Source: Dehalococcoidia bacterium
GTDB taxonomy: Bacteria; Chloroflexota; Dehalococcoidia; Bin125
DNA: 64,000 bases
Reading direction: 5' to 3'
NCBI GenBank assembly: GCA_963663895.2
Contig: CAXXRD010000002.1
Span: 320,001-384,000 of the forward strand
In this document: in pieces, positions 27,603-37,304 of the stretch
Position numbering within the stretch: the first letter of the stretch is position 1
Layout: each line of letters begins with the position of its first letter
Program-made: the position numbers and the translations under genes
Notes under the pieces: generated by a model
The model's input: only the letters and a program-made list of their open reading frames with translations
Told to the model about the DNA's origin: nothing
Databases searched by the model: none

Positions 27603-29303
27603 TTGCTCCCTCTAGCCAGCAGCTCCCACGTCACGGGCGAACTCGTCATTCTCGTCGGCGCCGCCGTCATCGGCGGGTTCGCCGCCAATCTCCTCCGGCT
27701 GCCGGTGATCGCCGGCTACATCATCGGCGGACTGATCGTCGGCCCGTCCGTGGCCAACCTGGTGTTGGACATCGAGGACATCGCCTTCATCACCGAGCTG
27801 GGCATCGCCTTGCTCCTCTTCACGATCGGGCTCGAGTTTCCCCTCCAGCAGTTCCGCCGGTTGGGCGGGCGGCTGCTCAGCGCCGCGACCGTGCAGATGG
27901 TCGTGCTCGGCGCGGTGGGATACATGATCGGGCAAGCCTTCGGCCTCTCGAGCGCCGCTTGCGTGCTCGTTGGCGGAGCCACCGCCTTCTCCAGCACCGC
28001 CCTGCTGGTGCGGGTGCTTTCGCAGAGCGGCGACCGCAAGCGCGTCGCCGGACAGTGGGCGCTGGGCATCGCGCTGGCACAAGACCTGGTCGCCGTGCCG
28101 CTGCTGGTGGTGTTGCCACAACTCGGCGAAAGCTCCGGGGGCGCGCTGGTCGAAGACATCCTGATCTCGATCGGCAAGGGCATCGGCCTCGTCGTGGCGG
28201 TACTGGTCATCGGCCGCATCTTGATCCCTTGGGCGCTGCACCAGGTGCTCGAAACGCGCTCGCGGGAGCTCTTCCTGCTCGCCACCTTCGCGATCGCCAG
28301 CGGGATCGCACTCGGGAGCTTCGCGGCGGGACTGTCGCTGGCCTTCGGCGCGTTCCTGGCCGGCCTGGCCACCGCGCAATCGCCCTACGCGGCGCGTGCC
28401 TTGCACGAGCTTGTCCCGCTGCGCGATCTCTTCGCCGCCACCTTCTTCGTCAGCGTTGGCGTGTTGCTGGACCTGGCCGTGGTCGCGGAGGAATGGGGCC
28501 TCTTCCTTTCCCTCCTGGCCTGGGGCGCGCTCGGCAAGGTCATCCTGATCTTCGTCCTGGCCCAGTGGGCCCACTTCGACGCGAAGCGTGCCCTGTGGAT
28601 TGGTCTGCTCCTGGGTCAGATGGGGGAGTTCGCGTTCCTGCTCGCGAGCGCTGCCACAGTGAGCACCGCCAATGAGGCGGGCTCGGTGGTGATCGCGGTG
28701 GGCACGGTCAGCATGGCGCTGTCGGCGATCGCGCTGCGCTTCAGCGCCACGCTGGAGCAAGCGATCGAGCGAGTACGCTTCGTCCGCCGCCCGCCGGCGG
28801 CAACCCTGCACAGCGGCACCGAGACGGCGGAACTCAAGCAGCACACCGTGATCTGCGGATACGGCGACACGGGGCGCGAGCTGGCGCACATCCTGGACAG
28901 CCGTGGCTTTCGCTATCTCGTGATCGATTCCGATCCCGGTCTCTTGGATGAGCTCGGGGGAGGCGCAGTCCCCTACATCTGGGGAGACCTGGCCAACGCC
29001 GCGACGCTCGACGAGGCGCAGCTAGACAGCGCCCGCGTCGTGGCGGTGACCCTCTCCGACCCGCTCGTGAGCGAGGCGATCGTCGAACGGGTGCGCCGCG
29101 AGCATCCGCGTCTCCACATCGTCGCGCGGGGAAGCGGGCCCGACGTTGCGGCGCGGCTGACCGCTGCCGGCGCGAACGCGGTCGTCGATCCGTCGCTCGA
29201 GGGAGGATTCGAGATCGCGCATCACACCCTCCATCGCTATGGGGTCACGCTCCAGGAGATCCGGCAGACGCTCGTGGGGCGGCGGCAGGAGCACTTCGGC
29301 TAA
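27603..29303 (+). CDS. CPA2 cation:proton antiporter with TrkA-N (RCK) domain (KefB/YbaL-like)
   Basis: LLLFTIGLEF, FSSTA, QDL, GAFLAG, FFVSVG, QMGEFAF; C-terminal ICGYGDTG. Confidence 0.9.
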   Translation: MLPLASSSHVTGELVILVGAAVIGGFAANLLRLPVIAGYIIGGLIVGPSVANLVLDIEDIAFITELGIALLLFTIGLEFPLQQFRRLGGRLLSAATVQMVVLGAVGYMIGQAFGLSSAACVLVGGATAFSSTALLVRVLSQSGDRKRVAGQWALGIALAQDLVAVPLLVVLPQLGESSGGALVEDILISIGKGIGLVVAVLVIGRILIPWALHQVLETRSRELFLLATFAIASGIALGSFAAGLSLAFGAFLAGLATAQSPYAARALHELVPLRDLFAATFFVSVGVLLDLAVVAEEWGLFLSLLAWGALGKVILIFVLAQWAHFDAKRALWIGLLLGQMGEFAFLLASAATVSTANEAGSVVIAVGTVSMALSAIALRFSATLEQAIERVRFVRRPPAATLHSGTETAELKQHTVICGYGDTGRELAHILDSRGFRYLVIDSDPGLLDELGGGAVPYIWGDLANAATLDEAQLDSARVVAVTLSDPLVSEAIVERVRREHPRLHIVARGSGPDVAARLTAAGANAVVDPSLEGGFEIAHHTLHRYGVTLQEIRQTLVGRRQEHFG

Positions 29304-30109
29304 GCGCCCGCCGCGCGGGCGGCCAGCACCGCGACCCCGGCGAGCGCGCAGTACGCCACAAAGGGAGCGAACGTCCCCGACCGTATCAGCAGCAGCAGCG
29401 CCCGAATAGCGAGAAGGGCGGTCACGAAGGAGGTCGCGACGGCGACCACGACGACGCCGGCACCGACGCCGGGGGCGCCATCCCGAGCCACGTCGTAGCC
29501 GGCGACGATGCCCGCGCCCAGGATCGCCGGCGCCGCAAGGTAGAACGCGTACAAGGCCGCGTCCCGCCGGGTCAGCTGCGTCAGCAGCCCTCCCACCATG
29601 GCGAAGCCGGATCGGGAGATGCCGGGCAGGATCGCGGCCGCTTGGATCGCGCCCACGAGAGCGCCACGCCGCCAATCCAGGCTCTGCAGATCGCGCGATC
29701 GCCGTCCGGCCCACTCCCCAAGCGCCAGCAGCAGCGCCGTGACAATCAGGAAGGCGCCCACCCACGTGGGATCGCGCAGCGCGCCGTCCAAGCTGTTCCG
29801 CACCGTGAACCCGACGATCGCGATCGGAATCGTTCCGACGATGATGAGCACCAGCAGGCGCCGCTGGTCGCGGACCTGACGGGCATCGCCACGACCGCAT
29901 GCGCCCAGCGCGAGACGCATCCAGCGGCGCGGGAAGGCGACCAGCAGGGCCGCCAGGGTCCCTATGTGGACCGCCGCATCAAAGGCCAGCCCCGGATCGT
30001 CCCAGCCGAGGATCCAGCGAGCCAAGACGAGATGGCCGCTGCTCGATACCGGCAGGAACTCCGTCACGCCCTGCAGGACGCCGAGCACCACCGCTTCCAG
30101 AATCGACAT
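29300..30109 (-). CDS. uppP: Undecaprenyl-diphosphate phosphatase
   Basis: QGVTEFLPVSSSGHL, PGISRSG. Confidence 0.95.
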   Translation of the reverse strand: MSILEAVVLGVLQGVTEFLPVSSSGHLVLARWILGWDDPGLAFDAAVHIGTLAALLVAFPRRWMRLALGACGRGDARQVRDQRRLLVLIIVGTIPIAIVGFTVRNSLDGALRDPTWVGAFLIVTALLLALGEWAGRRSRDLQSLDWRRGALVGAIQAAAILPGISRSGFAMVGGLLTQLTRRDAALYAFYLAAPAILGAGIVAGYDVARDGAPGVGAGVVVVAVATSFVTALLAIRALLLLIRSGTFAPFVAYCALAGVAVLAARAAGA

Positions 30110-30178
30110 CAGCCGCTCGTCCGATCCCTCCCTGGCACGGGCCGATGCTCCAGCGTAGAGCTATCGGGAGCAGGGGGC
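30099..30178 (+). repeat. 80-bp imperfect direct repeat, copy 1 (uppP start codon + upstream region)
   Basis: agaatcgacatcagccgctcgtccgatccctc (32 nt identical) ... gatgctccagcgtagagctatcggga (26 nt identical) shared with 35364-35443. Confidence 0.9.
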
Positions 30179-30283
30179 GGGAACAGAAGAAGGGCCGTGG
30201 GCGGAGCGAGGAACCGGGGATCGCCTTGGGGTCCCGCTGGACCGACGCCGAGCGTGGGGAACTTCAGGCCCCGTACGACGAGC

Positions 30284-30523
30284 ATGGTCGTCGGGCGGCT
30301 CTTCCGCGATCACCTCCGCCGGGCCGAGCTGCCGCCCGTCCGTTTTCATGACCTGCGCCACGGCGCAGCGACCTATCTGCTCTCGACGGGCGTACCGATG
30401 GGGGCCGTGATGGACATCCTAGGCCACACGCAGATGTCGACGACGAGCGACCTCTACTCCCACGTGCTGCCGGAGATGAAGCGGGAAGCCAGCGAGAAGA
30501 TCGGGGCGGTGCTGTTCGGCTAG
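30284..30523 (+). pseudogene. C-terminal fragment of a tyrosine recombinase/integrase
   Basis: RFHDLRHGAAT...ILGHTQMSTTSDLYSHV (HxLRH, LGH, catalytic Y); N-terminal domains missing. Confidence 0.85.
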
Positions 30524-30779
30524 AGCAGCGCGGGCTCGTTTCGCAACCGGACGGGCGAGACCCGGGCGCATCTCGACGAGGATGCACGTCCTCATCGCCT
30601 CCAGGGATCACGCGGAGGCACCGCTGCTGAGAGCCGCGTGCTTAGGACTGTTCCCGCGACGGCGTCGGCCGACGGCCCTGCCCGGTCTACGGGCACTACA
30701 AGGCCGCGGCTTCTGCGGCGCTCGGTCCGACATCGATGCATCCTTGAGTCCCCGGGATCACCAGCAATATGAACGACCC

Positions 30780-31001
30780 TCAACGATACATATGTCCCAC
30801 TCCGGATGGCGGGCGATCCGACAGGTCGCCCCAGCAGACCAGCTCGCCGTCCGCGCGCCGCACCTCGACGCAGGCACCCGCGCCGACCACGCGGAAGATG
30901 AGGGCCTCGCTGAAAGGGGGGAACTCAAGCGTCGGCTGGACGAGGAGCCAGTGCAGTGCGCCCTCGTACAGATCGAAGGGGGAAACGCGCTGCATCGCCA
31001 C
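30780..31001 (-). CDS. Hypothetical 73-aa protein
   Basis: ORF with ordinary globular composition, divergent from the nuclease gene, preceded by aagaaag; no recognisable motif. Confidence 0.3.
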   Translation of the reverse strand: MAMQRVSPFDLYEGALHWLLVQPTLEFPPFSEALIFRVVGAGACVEVRRADGELVCWGDLSDRPPSGVGHMYR

Positions 31002-31091
31002 TTTCTTCGTTACTTCATATTTCTTGCATTTGCGACATAGCTACCACAGAGTGGAGGAGGTCGCGGCGTACACAGGGAAACTGTTTAGGCA

Positions 31092-32231
31092 ATGGTATTC
31101 CGCTTCATCCATACCGCCGACTGGCAGATCGGCAAGGTTTTCCGCTTCGTCGATGATGTCGCGATGGGCGGGCTCCAGCTGGCGCGGCTGGAGGCGATCA
31201 CGCACGTCGGCAACCTCGCCTCGGAACACGATGTGCGCCATGTGTTGGTCGCGGGTGATGTATACGACCACGGAACTCCCTCCACACACTCGCGCAACCA
31301 AGTCGTCGAGAGAATGCGGGCTCACACCTCCGTACACTGGCACCTGTTGCCAGGGAATCATGATCCGTACCAGCCCAATGGACTCTGGGACCAGCTCCGA
31401 AGGCGTGGCTTGCCAGATAACATCCACGCGCATACCGAATCGGCCGCCACCATCATCGAGCAGGATGCCGCAGTCCTGCTCCCGGCACCACTACAGCATC
31501 GTCGTACGCTCGCCGATCCCACCGCTTGGATGGACAACCATCTCAGCGAAGCTGGCTTGATCCGCATCGGCCTCGCACATGGCGCCGTCTACGGCTTCGA
31601 TACTAACGAGAAACAGAGATCCAACCCAATCGACCCTGCGCGGCCACAGCTCGCTCGGCTTGACTACCTGGCCCTAGGCGATTGGCATGGAGAACTTCAG
31701 ATCAACGAGCGCTGTTGGTACAGCGGCACGCCGGAGACGGACTCGTTTCAGACGCGCGGCAAGGGCACAGTCCTGCTGGTCGAAATCGCCAGCCCGAACG
31801 AGTTGCCCCAAGTCACTCCGCTCTCGACAGGTCAGTACCATTGGGAATCGCTCGATGAGCGCGTGGAGGACCTAGAAGACGTAAATCTCCTTGACAACAA
31901 ATTGCGGCACCTGAACGACGACCTCAACCACACGCTGGTCGATTTGAGGCTCTCCGGAGCGCTCTCACTGGCTGACCTGCTGCACTTCGAGGAACGGATC
32001 GTCGAAGGGGCGGCCGCAGCGCTATACCATCTCCGGGTCGACCGTAGGCAGCTATTTCCAGAACCCACCGACGACGATCTCGACAGTATTGACCCGGGCG
32101 GGATTGTACGCGCCGCTGCTGACAGGCTTCGAGCTATCGTCGAGGCAGGGGGGAGCGACACCGACCTCGCTCGTGCCGCCCTTCACCGACTCTACATCGA
32201 GCACAAAAAGCTCGAATCGAGGCTACGATGA
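31092..32231 (+). CDS. Mre11/SbcD-like metallophosphoesterase nuclease (YhaO family)
   Basis: HTADWQIG, AGDVYD, PGNHD, AHG, LALGDWH, YSGTPE. Confidence 0.92.
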   Translation: MVFRFIHTADWQIGKVFRFVDDVAMGGLQLARLEAITHVGNLASEHDVRHVLVAGDVYDHGTPSTHSRNQVVERMRAHTSVHWHLLPGNHDPYQPNGLWDQLRRRGLPDNIHAHTESAATIIEQDAAVLLPAPLQHRRTLADPTAWMDNHLSEAGLIRIGLAHGAVYGFDTNEKQRSNPIDPARPQLARLDYLALGDWHGELQINERCWYSGTPETDSFQTRGKGTVLLVEIASPNELPQVTPLSTGQYHWESLDERVEDLEDVNLLDNKLRHLNDDLNHTLVDLRLSGALSLADLLHFEERIVEGAAAALYHLRVDRRQLFPEPTDDDLDSIDPGGIVRAAADRLRAIVEAGGSDTDLARAALHRLYIEHKKLESRLR

Positions 32232-34924
32232 AGTTGCGCAAGCTCTCAGTCAACCAGTTCAAGCGCTTCACCGCCCCGACTCAGTTGGGCGAACTCGTCG
32301 ACGGTCTCAATCTGGTCGTTGGGCCGAACGAGCTTGGCAAATCAACTCTGCTGGACGCGCTTCGAGCAGTGTTGTTCGAGCGATACAGCTCCAGAGCGCA
32401 GCCAATCATGGCATTGCAAAACGATCGCAGCGGCGCCGCGCCGGTCGTGGAACTAGTCTTCGAAGTCAGCGGCGCTGAATACACGTTGACCAAGCGCTTC
32501 GTCAAGAGCCCCCATGCCCGGCTGCAATGTCCCGATGGAACACTGCTCGAAGCGGACGCTGCCGAAAACAAGCTGCGCAACCTTCTGGGTTTCGCCGAGG
32601 CCGGCAGCCGGGGAGCGACTTCTGAAACGCTTGGCATGTGGGGCGTCCTCTGGGTGCAGCAGGGACAGTCTTTCGGTAGACCGGCTCTACCCGATTCGGC
32701 GCTGGCGAGCCTCAGCTCGGGGTTGGAGTCCGAAGTCCGAACGGTCCTTGGAGGCCGGCGTGGCAGAGAGTTGCCGCAGGTCCTTGAACAGCGACGGGGC
32801 GAACTGGTAACGACGGCGCGGCGTCAACCACGCGGTGAACACAAAGACACGATTGACCGCATCAGTGAACTGGAACAACGTCTAAGCGATCAACAGCAGC
32901 AACAGCAGCAGATGTCGGAAACGCTTGAGCAGTTGGCGGTGACGGAAGCACGGCTCAGGCGGCTGGAGGACGATAGTCAGGATCTAATCGACCAGGAAGG
33001 ACTTACGGAGGCCCAGGGCCAGCTTGACGAGGTGATGCGGCACGACCTGCAGCTCGAAGCGGCTCGCAGCGAACTGCAGAACCGGCAAGGGCAGCTTGAG
33101 CAAGCCCAACGCGCCCAATCCGAGCGCGCATCCCGGTGGGCAGAGCTTAAGACTGATCAGGAAGAGTTGAGGCAGCAGCGAGAGCGCCTGGAGGAACTGC
33201 AATTACGCGAGCGAGAATCGCTGGCCGGTCTAGACGAGCTTCGCCAGGCTGCGGCCAACGCCGAAGCAGCCCTTGAAGTAGCGATACAGTCAGAGGCAAG
33301 CTGGCGCGTTATCGTCGATCGCATTTCCCGATCCGCAGAGTTGAACGACTTGCTCCGCCGCCAGAAGGCTATCGAAGCTGCGCAGGAACGACTCGCAGAC
33401 GCCCAGCATCAGGCCGAGCAGATTCAGGTCACGGACGAATCCCTACAACGCATCCGCTCGGCCGCCGAGATCGCCGACCAGGCAAATGCCCGGCTTCGTG
33501 TAGCGGCGACTCGTATCGGCTTCGACATCCCCAGCGACCGTCTTGCCGGCATTGAGGCCGGCGGCGTTCCGCTGGCAGACCCGCCTACGACGGTCGAGGC
33601 GGTCGAGCCAGTCGTGATTACCATCCCTGAGCGGGGACGGATTCTCATCGAACCGGCCGTCGCCGACCACGACCAGCTCTTGCGCGCAGAGCGGGAAGCG
33701 AAATTAGAGTTGCAAGCTGCGCTCAGTGACGTCGGTGCACAATCGCTTGCCGACGCACAGATCCTGCGCGATGGGCGGCGCGATCTCGAGGTCACCGCCA
33801 GCGCGGCGCGGCAGGAGCTTGAGCGGCTCGCGCCGTCTGGCGAGGCACCGACACTGCAGCCACGAATCGATGAGCTGCGCCAAGCGCTAGAGGCCCTGCC
33901 CACAGAAGAGGATACGGTTCAGATGCCGCAAAGGGATCACGCAGAGGCTGCCCTGGACTCGGCTCAGACAGAACTACAGAAGGCGAGGGACGAGGAACGG
34001 ATCGCTCGTGAGGCTGTGGATGAGCGGGCACGAGCCACCTCAGGCCTCAGTGTGGAAGTGCGCACACTACAGAACACAGTGGGTAGTCAAACCGAGTTGG
34101 TTGAAAGGCGTGATGAAAGGCTCCGGAGCGATGCCGAAGCTGTGCCCGATCAACAACTTGCAGTGGTGTCTGACACAGCAGCACAGGCAGTGGCGGAACA
34201 GCAACAGGCTGTCTCCTCGCTGGAGGAGGACCGGCCGGCCAGCGCCAGGACGCAGTTGGAAGCTCGGATCTCACGACTACAGACGGCGATTGGGCAGCGC
34301 GCAAGCTCAAAAGTTGACTTGAGAATCGAGAGCGTCCGCCTGCGTGAACGCATCGAAGTCCACGAGAGTGCCGGCATTGACGAAGCCATCGAACATACCC
34401 AACACGAACTCGAACAAGCAACACGCCGACGCGACCGTTTTGAACGCGAACTCGAGGTCCTTGACCTCTTAGCCGACACACTTCGCGCGGCCGAGAGCGA
34501 AGCCAGAGAGCGCTACCTCGCGCCTGTCGTCAACCGCGTCCACCCTTACCTGCAGATGCTTTTCCCCAACGCTGAAATTAGCATGGACGAGGACCTGAAC
34601 ATCACCGGCATGTCCCGCTTGGTTGGATACGAGGAGAGTTTCGATCATCTGAGCATGGGTACTCAAGAACAGATCGCCGTCCTTGTGCGCCTCGCCTTCG
34701 CCGAAATGCTAATTGACCGAGGAGCACCCGCCACCGTGATCCTGGACGATGCGCTCGTGTTCTCCGACGACCAGCGGATGGGGCTGATGTTCGACATCCT
34801 CTCGCACGCCGCTCAGCGCGTACAGATCCTGGTTTTCACCTGTCGCGAGCAGCTCTTCGAGGGTCTCGGTGCGCACCAGCTACAGATCGCCTCGGTCGAT
34901 GCCGAGTCTCTCCGCTCGGCCTAG
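32228..34924 (+). CDS. Rad50/SbcC-like SMC-type ATPase with long coiled coil (YhaN family)
   Basis: Walker A GPNELGKST, Q-loop WVQQG, coiled coil, signature LSMGTQEQ, Walker B ILDDAL, FTC; ATGA overlap with the nuclease gene. Confidence 0.9.
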   Translation: MKLRKLSVNQFKRFTAPTQLGELVDGLNLVVGPNELGKSTLLDALRAVLFERYSSRAQPIMALQNDRSGAAPVVELVFEVSGAEYTLTKRFVKSPHARLQCPDGTLLEADAAENKLRNLLGFAEAGSRGATSETLGMWGVLWVQQGQSFGRPALPDSALASLSSGLESEVRTVLGGRRGRELPQVLEQRRGELVTTARRQPRGEHKDTIDRISELEQRLSDQQQQQQQMSETLEQLAVTEARLRRLEDDSQDLIDQEGLTEAQGQLDEVMRHDLQLEAARSELQNRQGQLEQAQRAQSERASRWAELKTDQEELRQQRERLEELQLRERESLAGLDELRQAAANAEAALEVAIQSEASWRVIVDRISRSAELNDLLRRQKAIEAAQERLADAQHQAEQIQVTDESLQRIRSAAEIADQANARLRVAATRIGFDIPSDRLAGIEAGGVPLADPPTTVEAVEPVVITIPERGRILIEPAVADHDQLLRAEREAKLELQAALSDVGAQSLADAQILRDGRRDLEVTASAARQELERLAPSGEAPTLQPRIDELRQALEALPTEEDTVQMPQRDHAEAALDSAQTELQKARDEERIAREAVDERARATSGLSVEVRTLQNTVGSQTELVERRDERLRSDAEAVPDQQLAVVSDTAAQAVAEQQQAVSSLEEDRPASARTQLEARISRLQTAIGQRASSKVDLRIESVRLRERIEVHESAGIDEAIEHTQHELEQATRRRDRFERELEVLDLLADTLRAAESEARERYLAPVVNRVHPYLQMLFPNAEISMDEDLNITGMSRLVGYEESFDHLSMGTQEQIAVLVRLAFAEMLIDRGAPATVILDDALVFSDDQRMGLMFDILSHAAQRVQILVFTCREQLFEGLGAHQLQIASVDAESLRSA

Positions 34925-35363
34925 GCCTGTCTAAGCTGGCGGGCTTCCGAGGGCCCGCGGTCTGGGTAGCGCTGCTTCCGTCCCCACGGCCGGAGTCGGG
35001 TGTCGGTGACACACCTTGTCGCGCAGGGCTGCTCCGCCATACTGACGCAAGGATCAGTCGCGTCCTGAGACTAAATGCGGTGTAACAGGGTCGACAGCCT
35101 ATTCAGCGCCACGATCGCCGTGCCCGCCGGACCGGCATAGCGTCCCCTCTCGGCCGTCTCGTTCAGATTAACGACGCCGCCACAGAAAATGTTCCGCACG
35201 GAGTCCAAGTCTGGCAGCCCCAAGCGCGACGCCGCTCCGCAATGGTCCGCTCAGTGGACCACAGTGGACCGTGAGCCCTCCACCACAACAGGGGTATATC
35301 CGGAAACCCCTGGTTTCGTAGGGAAATCCGCACAGGGGGCGCCGTGACGGTCCCTCGGACCGG

Positions 35364-35443
35364 AGAATCGACATCAGCCGCTCGTCCGATCCCTCGCCTG
35401 CCCGGCTTGATGCTCCAGCGTAGAGCTATCGGGAACAGGGGGC
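35364..35443 (+). repeat. 80-bp imperfect direct repeat, copy 2 (orphan uppP 5' end)
   Basis: Matches 30099-30178; on the minus strand it still reads MSIL as uppP does. Confidence 0.9.
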
Positions 35444-35477
35444 TGGAGCTGTGGGCCCTTTTCCCTATGATCACTCC

Positions 35478-36389
35478 ATGGACGCGCCAGTCATTGAGGT
35501 CCGGGGCCTGCGGAAGCGATACGGCGCGATCGAGGCGGTTCGCGGCGTCGATCTGCAGATCGAGCACGGGGAAGTCTTCGCGCTCCTTGGTCCGAACGGC
35601 GCGGGCAAGACGACGACCGTTGAGATCCTCGAAGGACATCGGGCGCGCTCCGGCGGCGAGGTGCGCGTGCTCGGCTACGACCCCGAGCGGAATCCGGTCG
35701 CGCTCAAGCAGCGCCTCGGCATCGTGCTGCAACGCACTGGCCTCGAGCCGTACTTGACCGTCGCGGAGACGATCGACATGTTTCGCGGCTACTACCCGCA
35801 GCCGCTGCCGCTCGACGACGTGCTCGCGGTCGTCGGGCTGGAGGAGCAGCGCGACCAGCGGGTGCGGCGGCTCTCGGGCGGACAGCAGCGGCGGCTCGAT
35901 GTGGCCGTTGGCCTGGCCGGGGATCCGACGCTGCTCTTCCTCGACGAACCGACGACGGGCTTCGACCCGACGGCGCGGCGCGGCGCCTGGGCGATGATCC
36001 GCAACCTGCGCACGCTCGGGAAGACGGTCCTGCTGACGACGCACTACCTCGATGAAGCGGAGGCCCTCGCCGATCGCGTCGCGATCATGGTGCGCGGCGC
36101 GATCGTGGCCGAGGGCACGCCGGCAGGGCTGGTCGCAGCGGACACAGGGACGGTCATCCGCTTCCGCCTCCCAGAGGGAGCGACGCTGCCCGAGGAATTC
36201 GGGCGCCACGAGACGACCGCAGGACACGTGGAGATCCGCACGCCGGATCCGACGCGCGTCCTGCACGCCCTCACAGACTGGGCAATCGCCGCGGGCATCG
36301 CGCTGGAAGGTCTCACGGTGCGCCGCAGCTCGCTCGAAGACGTGTTCCTGCGGCTGACGGGCGAAGAGGAGAGCAGGGACGCGTCGTGA
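35478..36389 (+). CDS. ABC-2 type (DrrA-like) transporter ATP-binding protein
   Basis: GPNGAGKTT, LSGGQQRR, FLDEPTTGFDP, TTHYLDEAE; ATG 6 nt after a TATGAT box, no SD. Confidence 0.92.
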   Translation: MDAPVIEVRGLRKRYGAIEAVRGVDLQIEHGEVFALLGPNGAGKTTTVEILEGHRARSGGEVRVLGYDPERNPVALKQRLGIVLQRTGLEPYLTVAETIDMFRGYYPQPLPLDDVLAVVGLEEQRDQRVRRLSGGQQRRLDVAVGLAGDPTLLFLDEPTTGFDPTARRGAWAMIRNLRTLGKTVLLTTHYLDEAEALADRVAIMVRGAIVAEGTPAGLVAADTGTVIRFRLPEGATLPEEFGRHETTAGHVEIRTPDPTRVLHALTDWAIAAGIALEGLTVRRSSLEDVFLRLTGEEESRDAS

Positions 36390-37162
36390 GGGCGCTTGGA
36401 CTCGCCCTGCGCCAGCTCAAATATGAGGAGCGATCCTTCCGGCGCAACCCAGCGGCGGCGTTCTTCACGCTCGCGTTCCCCCTCGTCTTCCTCGTCATCT
36501 TCACCGCCATCTTCGGGAACCGCGATACCGATCTCGGCGGCCGCGTGGTCAGCGGCGCCACTTTCTATGTGCCCGCGATCGTGGCGCTGACGGTGGTGAA
36601 CTCGTGCTACACGTCGCTCGCGATGAGCTGGGTGTATAACCGCGACGCGGGCGTATTGAAGCGCATCCGCGGAACCCCCCTGCCGCCGTGGGCGTTCCTC
36701 TTCGGGCGCATCGCCTACGTCGTCCTCGTGATGCTGGCTCTGACGGTGATCGTGGTGGCGTTCGGGCGGATCGCCTACGGCGTCGCACTGCCGGGGGCGA
36801 CGCTGCCGGCGGTGCTCGTGACGCTGGCCGTGGGAGCGTTTGCCTTCTGTGCCCTGGGGCTGGCGATCGCGACGGTGATCCCCAACGCCGACGCCGGACC
36901 AGCCATCGTGAACGCGTCGATTCTTCCCCTGCTGTTCATCTCCGACGTCTTCATCCCTCCCGGTGTCGGCGCGCCCGCTTGGGTCGGACACGTGAGCGCC
37001 GTCTTCCCCGTACGGCATCTCTCGGAAGCGCTGCAGACGGGCTTCAACCCCTTCGAGGCGGGCGCGGGTTTCGAGCCGGTGCATCTGGGCGTGCTCGCCG
37101 CCTGGGGAGTGGCCGGGTTGGTCGTTGCGCTGCGCTTCCCCTCGTGGGAGCCGCGTGCCTGA
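36386..37162 (+). CDS. ABC-2 type transporter permease
   Basis: RNPAAAFFTLAFP, RDAGVLKRIRGTPL, six TM segments; GTGA overlap. Confidence 0.9.
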   Translation: MRALGLALRQLKYEERSFRRNPAAAFFTLAFPLVFLVIFTAIFGNRDTDLGGRVVSGATFYVPAIVALTVVNSCYTSLAMSWVYNRDAGVLKRIRGTPLPPWAFLFGRIAYVVLVMLALTVIVVAFGRIAYGVALPGATLPAVLVTLAVGAFAFCALGLAIATVIPNADAGPAIVNASILPLLFISDVFIPPGVGAPAWVGHVSAVFPVRHLSEALQTGFNPFEAGAGFEPVHLGVLAAWGVAGLVVALRFPSWEPRA

Positions 37163-37304
37163 ACCACCGGAATCCACGTGGCCGCCGTGTTTGCAACCGC
37201 GACCAAGGGTGGGATCAGCAGCGGACGACCACCACAGCCGGGACGAAGACATCGCGTGGCCGTCACACACGCCGAAGCGCGACCCGATCCGCGTGCCGAG
37301 AGCG

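Larger units (their letters stand above)
30179..35363. mobile_element. About 5.2-kb accessory segment between direct repeats (integrase remnant + Mre11/Rad50-like pair)
   Basis: Bounded by the 80-bp repeats; visibly lower GC and less biased codons than the flanks; tyrosine recombinase fragment. Confidence 0.7.

Noticed and set aside
32891-32911. CAA/CAG run encoding seven Gln
   Set aside because: In-frame, mixed codons, inside a coiled coil; no sign of a variable tract
35347-35374. tRNA 3'-end-like sequence on the minus strand (gtcgattctccggtccgagggaccg)
   Set aside because: Spacing does not fit T-arm plus acceptor stem, no CCA, and the tcgattct part is explained by the uppP start
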